64,000 bases of DNA from Actinomycetes bacterium (GTDB lineage Bacteria; Actinomycetota; Actinomycetes; Propionibacteriales; Propionibacteriaceae): assembly GCA_023392635.1 (NCBI GenBank), contig JAEVYS010000108.1, positions 5,871 to 69,870 of the forward strand. Direction: 5' to 3'. The translations under genes and the position numbers were made by a program. Below the pieces are notes generated by a model. The model saw only the letters and a list, made by a program, of their open reading frames with translations, was not told the origin of the DNA and made no database searches. Shown here piece by piece: positions 35,697 to 44,197 of this stretch. How positions within the stretch are numbered: the stretch's first letter is position 1; every line of letters begins with the position of its first letter.

Positions 35697-35730
35697 AGGT
35701 GTTGCCCGTTCGGGCCCAGGTGTTGCCCGT
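35697..35730. repeat. 13-bp direct repeat with 21-bp period
   Basis: AGGTGTTGCCCGT at 35697 and at 35718. Confidence 0.7.
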
Positions 35731-35778
35731 CGGTGCGCAGGCCTTGCGCCCGGCGACGACGGAGGTGAGCCTTCTGGC

Positions 35779-36603
35779 ATGGCCCCCGACACCGGCACAC
35801 GCGTCCAGCTCACCCGCCCGGCGGTCGCGCTGTGGCGGGCGCCCGGTGTGCTGCAGGTCGGGCTCGACGCTCCGGCCCTCGTGCTGGAGCCGGTGCCCGA
35901 AGGGCTGGCCGAGGCCATCCCGCTGCTGGCGCGGCCACACTCCCACGACGAGTTGCGTACCCTTCTGCCCTCGCTCGACCGGGCGTGGCTCGGCTGGCTC
36001 CTCGACCGGTTGACGACCGCCGGGCTCCTGGTGCCGGCCCCGGCTGCCCCCGAAGCGGTGCTGCGGGTCGTCGGCGCAGGGGCACTCGCCGAGGCGGTCA
36101 CGGCTGCCCTGGGCGACAACGGCCTCCGGGCGTCCCGGCTGGATCCCGTGCGCTTCGCAGCCCTGCCCCCCGCCCCCGACGGACCGGAGGTGGTGCTGCT
36201 CGCCGGCGCCACGGTCGAGCCCGACCGGGCGACCACTGACGCCCTCTTCCGGGACGGGCGCGCGCACCTCGTGGTCCGCCTCGAGCCCGGTCGCGCCGTC
36301 GTGGGCCCCTTCGTCCAGCCGGGACGCACACCCTGCGTCCGCTGCCTCGACCTGGGCCGCGTCCGCCTGGACCCGGCGTGGCCCCAGCTCCTCGCGCAAC
36401 TGTGCCGCGAGCCGGTCACCCCCGAGCCCGCCCTGGTGGCCTGGGGCGCGGCCACGGCGGCGGTGCAGGTTCGGGCATGGCTCGCCGGTGCACTGCCGGA
36501 GACCGCCGGTGCCACGCTCGAGGTGTCCGTGGCGGAGTTCCGCCTGCACAGCCGTGCGTGGCCGGCCCACCCGGGCTGCGGCTGCCTGGTGCCCCCCGGT
36601 TGA
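35779..36603 (+). CDS. ThiF/E1-like fold protein (Rv3196-like)
   Basis: VVGAG, VVGPFV.PGRTPCVRCLD...DPAWP and HPGCGC motifs; upstream of the ABC1 kinase. Confidence 0.75.
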   Translation: MAPDTGTRVQLTRPAVALWRAPGVLQVGLDAPALVLEPVPEGLAEAIPLLARPHSHDELRTLLPSLDRAWLGWLLDRLTTAGLLVPAPAAPEAVLRVVGAGALAEAVTAALGDNGLRASRLDPVRFAALPPAPDGPEVVLLAGATVEPDRATTDALFRDGRAHLVVRLEPGRAVVGPFVQPGRTPCVRCLDLGRVRLDPAWPQLLAQLCREPVTPEPALVAWGAATAAVQVRAWLAGALPETAGATLEVSVAEFRLHSRAWPAHPGCGCLVPPG

Positions 36604-36625
36604 GCGGGACGGGCACACTGTGCAG

Positions 36626-37966
36626 GTGAGCAGTGAGCGCGAGTCCCCCGACGCCGACCAGCGACGGGTGCTTCCCGAGACCACCATCGGCCGGAGCGCG
36701 CGCCTCCTGAGCCTGCCCCTCGGCGCGGCGGCCCGAGCGGGAGTGGGGTACGGCAAGCGGCTGATGGGGGCACCGGCCGCGGAGGTGGACGCGGCCCTGC
36801 GTGACGCCGCGGCCGAACAGCTCTTCCAGGTGCTCGGCGAACTGAAGGGCGGTGCGATGAAGTTCGGGCAGGCCCTCAGCCTGTTCGAGGCGATGCTCCC
36901 CGAGGAGATCGCCGGCCCGTTCCGCGAGCGGCTGCGCCGGCTGCAGGACGCGGCACCGCCGATGCCGTCCTCGCGGGCCCAGGCCGTGCTGCGTTCCGAG
37001 CTCGGACCGGACTGGCGGCGGAGGTTCGCCGAGGTCGACCTGCGTCCCTCCGCTGCGGCTTCGATCGGGCAGGTCCACCGCGCCCGGCTCACCGATGGCC
37101 GTGAGGTGGCGATCAAGATCCAGTACCCCGGGGCCGACGCCGCGCTGGCCAGCGACCTGCGCCAGATCCAGCGCCTGGCCGGGGCCGTCTCGCCCCTGAC
37201 CGGCGGGATGGACGTGGTGGCCCTCACCAGGGAGCTGGCGGCACGGGTGAGCGAGGAGGTCGACTACACCCTCGAGGGCGCGGCGCAGCAGCAGGTGGCG
37301 CTGGCGCTCGACGGGCACCCGCGGTTCGTCGTACCGAAGGTGCACCTCGCCACGCGGCGCGTCCTGGTCAGCGACTGGGTGGACGGGGCCAAGCTCACCG
37401 AGCTCATCGGACGGCCGGCCCAGGAGCGCAACCGCAGCGCGCTGGACTACGTGACCTTCCTCTTCGCCGGGCCGTCGCTGGCCGGCATCCTGCACGGCGA
37501 CCCCCACCCGGGCAACTACCTGGTCACCCCGGACGGGCGCCTGGCCGTGCTCGACTTCGGCCTCGTGTCGAGGATGCCCGGCGGCCTGCCCGCGGCCATG
37601 GGACGGCTGATCAGGCACGCCGTGGAGGGCCGCGCGGACGAGATGCTCGCCGGCCTCGCCGAGGAGGGCTTCGTCGACGCCGGCATCAGCCCGCAGGACG
37701 CGCTGGACTACCTGGCGCCCTTCGTCGAGCCGGCCAGCGTCGAGGACTTCGCCTTCAACCGCGCGTGGGCGCAGGGACAATTCGCGCGCGTGCACGGCAA
37801 CATGCGTGCCGACGGCGTGGCGGCACGGCTCAACATCCCGCCGGAGTACGGCTTGATCTACCGCGTCTGGATGGGCGGCATCGCCGTGCTGTCGCAGCTC
37901 GACGTGCACGCGAACTTCGCGCAGGTCCTCCGCGACTGGCTGCCGGGGTTCGCCGGCACGGACTAG
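36626..37966 (+). CDS. ABC1/UbiB/AarF atypical kinase (Rv3197-like)
   Basis: LKGGAMKFGQ, AAASIGQVH, VAIKIQYPG, HGDPHPGN and LDFG motifs; CACACT -10 lies 6 nt before the GTG. Confidence 0.9.
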   Translation: MSSERESPDADQRRVLPETTIGRSARLLSLPLGAAARAGVGYGKRLMGAPAAEVDAALRDAAAEQLFQVLGELKGGAMKFGQALSLFEAMLPEEIAGPFRERLRRLQDAAPPMPSSRAQAVLRSELGPDWRRRFAEVDLRPSAAASIGQVHRARLTDGREVAIKIQYPGADAALASDLRQIQRLAGAVSPLTGGMDVVALTRELAARVSEEVDYTLEGAAQQQVALALDGHPRFVVPKVHLATRRVLVSDWVDGAKLTELIGRPAQERNRSALDYVTFLFAGPSLAGILHGDPHPGNYLVTPDGRLAVLDFGLVSRMPGGLPAAMGRLIRHAVEGRADEMLAGLAEEGFVDAGISPQDALDYLAPFVEPASVEDFAFNRAWAQGQFARVHGNMRADGVAARLNIPPEYGLIYRVWMGGIAVLSQLDVHANFAQVLRDWLPGFAGTD

Positions 37967-37969
37967 GGT

Positions 37970-38836
37970 TCAGCCTCTCACCGCAGTCAGGGTGTAGCTC
38001 GCGGGGAGCCGTTCGGGGCGGTCGGCGAGGCGGTACTCCCCCGTCGACGGGTCCAGGTCCATCAGGCCCGGCAGAGCCGGCCACGGCACGCTGTCGTGCT
38101 CGACGAGCGCGGTCAGCCGCAGGCCCGCGTCGAGGAGGGCCGTGAGAATCTCCCCGAGCCCGTGGTTCCACTCCACGGACTCCGGCGAGCCGACCTGCTC
38201 GGACCCGACGTAGGTCCACTCCTCGTTCCAGACCAGACCCTCCGGCTGTTCGAAGTAGGGCAGCTCGAGGGCGACGGTGGAGCCTCCGCCGCGGGTGATC
38301 CAGGGCTGCTGGCCGCGGTCGTCGGGGTCTGCGCCCAACGCCACCACGACCGAGGACCACAGCACCGGGTGCGCCTCGCGGACGAACAGGCGCCCGCCGG
38401 GCCGCAACAGCTCGGCCACCACCTGCCCCCACCGGCGGATGTCGGGCAGCCAGCACAGCGCGCCGACGCCGGTGTAGACGAGGTCGAAGCGGCGCCCGCC
38501 GAGGGCCTGCGGCGCGGTGTACACGTCCGCCTCGACGTACTCGATCGCTGCGCCGGCCCTTGCGGCGAGGTCCCTGGCGGCCTCCACCGACTTCGGCGAG
38601 AGGTCGAGCCCGGTCACCCGTCCGCCCAGACGGTGCAGGCTGAGCGTGTCGGTGCCGATGTGGCACTGCAGGTGCACCACGTCCTGGCCGGCGAGGTCGC
38701 CGAGGCGCGGGCGGTCGAAGGCGACCACGTCGGACAACGCGCCCGCGTCGCCCAGCAGGCGATCGATGTCGTAGTGCTGGAGGTGGATCGGCACCCGGCT
38801 GTCCCAGTTGGCCCGGTTCATCTCGAGGTAGTCCAT
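37970..38836 (-). CDS. Class I SAM-dependent methyltransferase
   Basis: NRANWD.R, VHLQCHIG.DT and FDLVYTG.GAL.WLPD motifs. Confidence 0.88.
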   Translation of the reverse strand: MDYLEMNRANWDSRVPIHLQHYDIDRLLGDAGALSDVVAFDRPRLGDLAGQDVVHLQCHIGTDTLSLHRLGGRVTGLDLSPKSVEAARDLAARAGAAIEYVEADVYTAPQALGGRRFDLVYTGVGALCWLPDIRRWGQVVAELLRPGGRLFVREAHPVLWSSVVVALGADPDDRGQQPWITRGGGSTVALELPYFEQPEGLVWNEEWTYVGSEQVGSPESVEWNHGLGEILTALLDAGLRLTALVEHDSVPWPALPGLMDLDPSTGEYRLADRPERLPASYTLTAVRG

Positions 38837-38858
38837 CGCCGCACCATAGCCCCGCTGC

Positions 38859-40928
38859 TCAGGCGTGCGCGGCCAGGATGGCGAGGACGGCCTCCCCGTA
38901 CTGCTCGCACTTGGTGCGGCCGACGCCGGGAATGGCCAGCAGGCCGGTCGTGTCCTTCGGACGGTCCTCCGCGATCGCCATCAGGGTCGCGTCGGTGAAG
39001 ATCACGTAGGCCGGCACCGAACGCTCCCTGGCCAGGCCGAGGCGCCACGCGACCAGGCTGGCGTAGGTGTCCTCGTCGTAGCCGGCCGGGCAGTCGACGT
39101 GGCGTCGCAACTTGCGTTCGGCGCCGGTGTGCAGCGGCTTGCCGCAGGCTCGGCAGGTGGCGCTCAGGGCCGACGTGGGCTTCGGCCGGCGGACGCCACC
39201 GGAGGACACCCGCTCCGGGCGCGGCGCGATCCCGTCGAGGAAGCGGGACGGCTGCCGGTTCCCGCCGCCGCCGCGTCGAGAGCGCGACCAGCAGATCAGC
39301 AGCTGCCGCTTCGCGCGGGTGATGCCGACATAGAACAGCCGTGCCTCCTCGGCCACCTGCTCCGGTCCGGCGGCCAGGGACAGCGGCAGGGTGCCCTCCT
39401 GGACGCCGACCAACGCGACGGCGCTCCATTCCAGGCCCTTGGCCGCGTGCAGCGTCGACAGCGTCACCCCGTCGGAGGTCAGCGGGTGCTCTGCCTGCGC
39501 CCGCGCGGTGAGCTCGTCCACGAAGCCGCCGAGGTCGGCGGTGCCCTCGCCGGCCTCCGAGTGCGCGGCGGCGACGTCCTCGGCGAGTGCCAGGACGGCG
39601 GCCAGTGACTCCCAGCGCTCCCGCACCCGGCCCTGCCCGGACGGCGGCTGCTCGGTCCATCCGATCCGGGTGAGCACGTCCCGGCACGCGTCGACGCAGG
39701 GCAGGCCCGGGTCCTTGCGGGCGAGCTCGGAGAGCGTCCCGATGACCTGGCGAACCTCCGGGCGGTCGTAGAACCCCTCGCCGCCGCGGACGGTGAACGG
39801 CACGCCCGCCTGCGCCAGCGACGACTCGAACAGTGGCGACTGGGCATGGACGCGGTACAGCACGGCCTGCTCGCGCCACGGCACTCCCGCCTCGTGCTGC
39901 TCGACCAGCCAGCGGGCGACGGCGACAGCCTCGTCGTACTCGGACGCGCAGGGCAGGATCCTGGGCTCCGGGCCGGGCTCGCACTGGGACTCCAGGGTCA
40001 CCGTCCCCAGACGGGTGTTGCGCGCCACCCGGTTCGCCAGGCCCACCACCTCCGGCGTCGAGCGGTAGTCGCGCACCAGCCGCACGAGGTGTGCGTCGGG
40101 GAACCGGCCCGCGAAACCGGTCAGGTACGACGGCGTCGCCCCGGCGAAGGAGTGGATGGTCTGGGCCGGGTCGCCGACCACGCAGTGGTCACGGCCCTCA
40201 CCCCACCACAGGTCCAGCAGGTTCTGCTGCACCGGGTTGACGTCCTGGTACTCGTCGACCACCAGGTGCCGGTAGGTGCCCCGCACCTCCTCGGCGATGT
40301 CGCCGTGCTCGCTCAGCAGCGCCACCGCGCACAGGAGGATGTCGTCGAAGTCGATCACCCCGCGATCGGCCTTCACCTGCTCGTACCTGCCCAGGACGCG
40401 TCCCACCTGCGCGGGATCGAGGCCGGCCACCTCGCGCCCGTGGCCGGGAGCGAGTTCCGCGTAGTCCGCGGGCGCCACATTGGTCACCTTCGCCCACGAC
40501 ACCTCCGTCAGCAGGTCGCGAAGGGTGCTGGTGTCGGGGCCCAGGCGCAGCCTGCGGGCAGCCTCGGCGACCATCGACAGGCGCTCGTCGCTCACGGCCG
40601 GCAGCTGGGAGCCGTAGGCCCGGGGCCAGAAGTACTGGGCCTGGCGCAGGGCCGCGGAGTGGAAGGTGCGCGCCTGGACGCTCGGGACGCCGAGGCCGCG
40701 GAGCCGGGAGCGCAACTCGCCGGCGGCGCGGGTCGTGAAGGTCACGGCCAGCACGGCGTTCGGCTGAAACGCGCCGACCGCCGTGCCGTAGGCGATGCGG
40801 TGGGTGAGGGCCCTGGTCTTGCCGGTGCCCGCCCCGGCGATCACCACGACCGGCGCGCCGAAGCTCGTGGCGACCTCCTGCTGCTCGGGGTCGAGGCCGG
40901 CGAGCAGCTCGGCGGGCACGGGGTTCAC
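38859..40928 (-). CDS. uvrD2: ATP-dependent DNA helicase UvrD2 with C-terminal HRDC domain
   Basis: AGAGTGKT, VDEYQD, DYRS and LHAAKGLEW motifs; CRAC...HVDC motif; VPAYVIFTDATL (HRDC). Confidence 0.93.
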   Translation of the reverse strand: MNPVPAELLAGLDPEQQEVATSFGAPVVVIAGAGTGKTRALTHRIAYGTAVGAFQPNAVLAVTFTTRAAGELRSRLRGLGVPSVQARTFHSAALRQAQYFWPRAYGSQLPAVSDERLSMVAEAARRLRLGPDTSTLRDLLTEVSWAKVTNVAPADYAELAPGHGREVAGLDPAQVGRVLGRYEQVKADRGVIDFDDILLCAVALLSEHGDIAEEVRGTYRHLVVDEYQDVNPVQQNLLDLWWGEGRDHCVVGDPAQTIHSFAGATPSYLTGFAGRFPDAHLVRLVRDYRSTPEVVGLANRVARNTRLGTVTLESQCEPGPEPRILPCASEYDEAVAVARWLVEQHEAGVPWREQAVLYRVHAQSPLFESSLAQAGVPFTVRGGEGFYDRPEVRQVIGTLSELARKDPGLPCVDACRDVLTRIGWTEQPPSGQGRVRERWESLAAVLALAEDVAAAHSEAGEGTADLGGFVDELTARAQAEHPLTSDGVTLSTLHAAKGLEWSAVALVGVQEGTLPLSLAAGPEQVAEEARLFYVGITRAKRQLLICWSRSRRGGGGNRQPSRFLDGIAPRPERVSSGGVRRPKPTSALSATCRACGKPLHTGAERKLRRHVDCPAGYDEDTYASLVAWRLGLARERSVPAYVIFTDATLMAIAEDRPKDTTGLLAIPGVGRTKCEQYGEAVLAILAAHA

Positions 40929-40936
40929 GGGAGCCC

Positions 40937-40958
40937 ACTGTAGGAGAAGGTTGCGACA
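40937..40958 (-). promoter_or_regulatory. PafBC/RecA-NDp-type promoter of uvrD2
   Basis: TGTCGC-N10-TACAGT, 8 nt before the GTG. Confidence 0.7.
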
Positions 40959-40962
40959 CGAC

Positions 40963-40984
40963 TGTCGGCGGCTGCCTCTAGGGT
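40963..40984 (+). promoter_or_regulatory. PafBC/RecA-NDp-type promoter of recCBD
   Basis: TGTCGG-N10-TAGGGT, an exact consensus match, 9 nt before the ATG. Confidence 0.8.
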
Positions 40985-40993
40985 GAGACCACC

Positions 40994-43900
40994 ATGCAGT
41001 TCCACTCCGTCCGCACCGCCGACCAGCTCGTCGAGCGCCTGCTCGCGCTGTGGTCGGGGCCTCGGAACGACCCCTTCGCGTTCGACCTCGCGGTCGTGCC
41101 GGGCGCGGGCTTCCAGAGGTGGCTGTCCCAGCGGCTGGCCACCGTCGGCGAGGAACCGGGCATCTGCGCGGGGGTCGAGTTCGTGTCCCTCCCGGGGCTC
41201 GAGCGTCGCCTCGCGGGCCCGGACGACCCATGGCGCCCCGAGCGGCTGGCGTGGCTGGTGCAGCGGCTCGCCGAGACCGCGACGGATCCGGCCCTGGACG
41301 TCCTGCAGCGGCACCTGGCCGCTTCGCGCGAGGGCTTCACGGCGAGCCACCGGATCGCCCGGCAGTTCGCCCGCTACGCGCGCTTCCGTCCGCAGATGCT
41401 GGCCGAGTGGGCCGCCGGCGCCGACACCGGGCCGGACGGAGCCCCGCTCGGTGAGAACAGCTGGCAGTCACACCTGTGGCGGTTGCTGGCGATCGAGCTC
41501 GGGGAGGACCCCCTGCAACGACGCGCGGCGCTGCTCGAACGCCTGTCCCGCGCACCTGTCGAGGGTCTCCCCGGCCGTGTGGCCGTGCTCGCCCCGCCGC
41601 ACCTCGGAGGCGGAACCCTCGACCTGCTGGCCGCCCTCGACAGCCACCATCGCGTCGATGTCGTCCGCCTCGTCCCGAGCCCGACCCGTCGCCGGCCCGT
41701 CCCGCCGGGCCTGCGACGCGCGGAGGTCACACCGCAGGCCGGCCATCCCCTCAACGAGGGTCTCGCGATCCTCGCCGACGAGTGCGCTGGCATGCTGCCC
41801 CCGCCGGAGGACGCGGCCGAGCCGACGTCCCCCGACACCCTGCTGGGCTGGCTGCAGGCCGACCTGCACGCCGACCGTCCGCCGGTCCGGCGAGAGCTGC
41901 GCGCCGACGACCGCTCGGTGCAGGTGCACCTGTCGCACGGCCGTGACCGCCAGGTGGAGGTGCTCCGGGAGGTCCTCACCGCCGTGCTGGCATCCGACCC
42001 CAGCCTGGAGCCGAGGGACATCGCCGTGCTCACCCCCGACGTGGACGGCTTCGCACCGCTGGTCGGCGCCGCCTTCACCCCGCCCGCCGGCGGCCCGGTG
42101 CACCCGGCGCAGCGCTTCCGCGTACAGGTTGCCGACCGGTCCGTGGCTCAGGTGAACCCGATGGTGACCCTCCTGGTCGACCTGCTGCGACTGCCCGACG
42201 GGCGCGCAGAGGCGTCCACCCTGCTCGAGCTGTGCGCCCGTCCCGCCGTCGCCCGCCGGTTCGGTTTCACCGCCGAGTCGCGGGAGCGCCTGGTCGACCT
42301 CGTCGAGCGAGCCGGCATCCGGTGGGGACTGTCCCCCTCCCATCGCAGCGACTGGGGACTGAAGGGCTTCCCGCAGAACACCTGGGTCGCCGGCCTGCAA
42401 CGCATTCTGCTCGGGGTCACCCTCGCCGAGACCGACCTGGTCTCGGCCGGCACCGTGCTGCCCCTGGACGACGTCGAGTCCTCCGACGTCGAACTGGTCG
42501 GGGGACTCACCGAGCTGGTCGGACGGGTGTCCAGGCTCGTCGCTGAGCTCAGCCGGCCCGCCACGTTGCCGGAGTGGGCGCAACGGTGCCGCACCGGTCT
42601 GGACTCCCTGGTGTCGCCGGCCCACGAGGACGAGTGGCAACTCGGCGACGTGTGGGCCGGCCTGTCCCGGCTGGCCGAGCACGGCAGCACGTCCGGCGGG
42701 ATCCTGATCGGTCGCCACGCGGCCCTGCGGGCAGTCGAACACGAGTTCGCGAGCGCACCCGCGCGAGGGGCATTCGGCAACGGCTCGCTCGTCGTCGCCG
42801 GGCTCGGCTCGCTGCGCCACGTGCCGCACCGCGTGCTCGTCCTGCTCGGCTGGGACGCCGACCGCTACCCGCGCACGGGACGCCGCCACGGCGATGACCT
42901 GCTGGGGCACGAGCCGCGCGTCGCAGACCCGTCCGTCGCCCTCGACGACCGACAGGTACTGCTCGACGCCGTGCACGCCGCCCGGGAACGGCTGGTCGTC
43001 GTCGTGCAGGGCCGCAGCGAGGCGACGAACGAGCCCGTGCCGCTCACCGCGCCCCTTGCCGAACTGCTCGAAGCCCTCGACCAGACCGCGGTGACCGCCG
43101 AAGGGGAGGGTGCGGGTGCCGCTGTCACGGTGCAGCACCCCCTGCAGCCGTTCGACACCCGCTACTTCGACACCGCCCACCCCGAGCTGCACAGCGCCGA
43201 CCCCCTCGCGTTCCGTGCGGCCGCGGCCACCCTCGACCCACCGGCGGACCCGCTGCCCCGGCAGGTCTTCGACGACCTGCCCCCGTTCGACCTCGCCGCC
43301 GGCGTCAGCCTGGACGACCTCACCGCGTTCTTCAGGCACCCGGCGCGGGCACTGCTCCGCGCCCGCACCGGGGTGAGCCTCGGCGACGAGCCCCGGGCGG
43401 GCGACACGATCCCGATCGAACCCGACCATCTCGCCCGGTGGCAGATCGGCAACCGCGTCCTCGCCCGGCTCAGGGCCGGCCATGACGAGGCAGCCGTCCA
43501 GAGGGCCGAGTGGTTGCGGGGGCAGGTGCCCCCGTTCGAGCTCGGCGCGGCCCTGCTCGACGGTGTCCTCGCCGATGCCCGGCGGTCGCTGCGTGAGCTG
43601 CCCGCAGAGGTCCCTGACCCCACCCTCCACGACCTGGCCCTCACCGTGCCGGTGCCCGGCCACGGACAGGTTCCGCTGGTGGGCCGCGTGGTCAGCCACG
43701 CCGACGAACTCCTCCAGATCGAGTTCTCCGGACTGCAGCCGCGCCACCGGCTCACGGCCTGGCTGCGCCTGTTGGTGCTCGCCGCCGGCAGACCGGGCGG
43801 CTGGCACGCGCGCGTTGTCGGCAGGGGACGCCGGGCCAACCTGGTGGCTCCTCCCCCAGAGGTCGCGCTCGATCTCCTCGGGCGCTACCTCGGCGTCTAC

Positions 43901-44197
43901 GCCCTCGGCATGTCGCGGCCGCTGCCCGCCCTGCCACGGATCGGCGCGGCATGGGCGAGTTACCGGATGAGCCAACGCGATCCCGAGGACAGGCTGGTCA
44001 GCGCCAAGTCCCTGGAACGGAGCTGGGAGTTCGACGCCGACGACTACTGGCGCACCTTCTTCGCGTTCCCGCAGGTGCTGGGGCTCCCGCTGGACCGCGT
44101 CGAGATCCCGGGGGCGGATCCGCGGGAGCGCACGCTCGTCGGTGCGCTCGCGAGCAGCATCTGGGAGCCCGTCCTCGCCGCGGAGGTGCCGGCATGA
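40994..44197 (+). CDS. recC: Exodeoxyribonuclease V gamma subunit
   Basis: DPF..DL.VVP..GFQRWLSQRLA, SVQVH.SHG..RQVEVLRE, HPLQPF and FF.HP motifs. Confidence 0.92.
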   Translation: MQFHSVRTADQLVERLLALWSGPRNDPFAFDLAVVPGAGFQRWLSQRLATVGEEPGICAGVEFVSLPGLERRLAGPDDPWRPERLAWLVQRLAETATDPALDVLQRHLAASREGFTASHRIARQFARYARFRPQMLAEWAAGADTGPDGAPLGENSWQSHLWRLLAIELGEDPLQRRAALLERLSRAPVEGLPGRVAVLAPPHLGGGTLDLLAALDSHHRVDVVRLVPSPTRRRPVPPGLRRAEVTPQAGHPLNEGLAILADECAGMLPPPEDAAEPTSPDTLLGWLQADLHADRPPVRRELRADDRSVQVHLSHGRDRQVEVLREVLTAVLASDPSLEPRDIAVLTPDVDGFAPLVGAAFTPPAGGPVHPAQRFRVQVADRSVAQVNPMVTLLVDLLRLPDGRAEASTLLELCARPAVARRFGFTAESRERLVDLVERAGIRWGLSPSHRSDWGLKGFPQNTWVAGLQRILLGVTLAETDLVSAGTVLPLDDVESSDVELVGGLTELVGRVSRLVAELSRPATLPEWAQRCRTGLDSLVSPAHEDEWQLGDVWAGLSRLAEHGSTSGGILIGRHAALRAVEHEFASAPARGAFGNGSLVVAGLGSLRHVPHRVLVLLGWDADRYPRTGRRHGDDLLGHEPRVADPSVALDDRQVLLDAVHAARERLVVVVQGRSEATNEPVPLTAPLAELLEALDQTAVTAEGEGAGAAVTVQHPLQPFDTRYFDTAHPELHSADPLAFRAAAATLDPPADPLPRQVFDDLPPFDLAAGVSLDDLTAFFRHPARALLRARTGVSLGDEPRAGDTIPIEPDHLARWQIGNRVLARLRAGHDEAAVQRAEWLRGQVPPFELGAALLDGVLADARRSLRELPAEVPDPTLHDLALTVPVPGHGQVPLVGRVVSHADELLQIEFSGLQPRHRLTAWLRLLVLAAGRPGGWHARVVGRGRRANLVAPPPEVALDLLGRYLGVYALGMSRPLPALPRIGAAWASYRMSQRDPEDRLVSAKSLERSWEFDADDYWRTFFAFPQVLGLPLDRVEIPGADPRERTLVGALASSIWEPVLAAEVPA

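Noticed and set aside
35779..36603. RiPP/TOMM biosynthetic cluster
   Set aside because: No YcaO, dehydrogenase or precursor peptide lies nearby; the gene is the usual conserved neighbour of the ABC1 kinase.
40929..40993. LexA SOS boxes at the repair-gene promoters
   Set aside because: No GAAC-N4-GTTC was seen here or upstream of adnA or SRAP.
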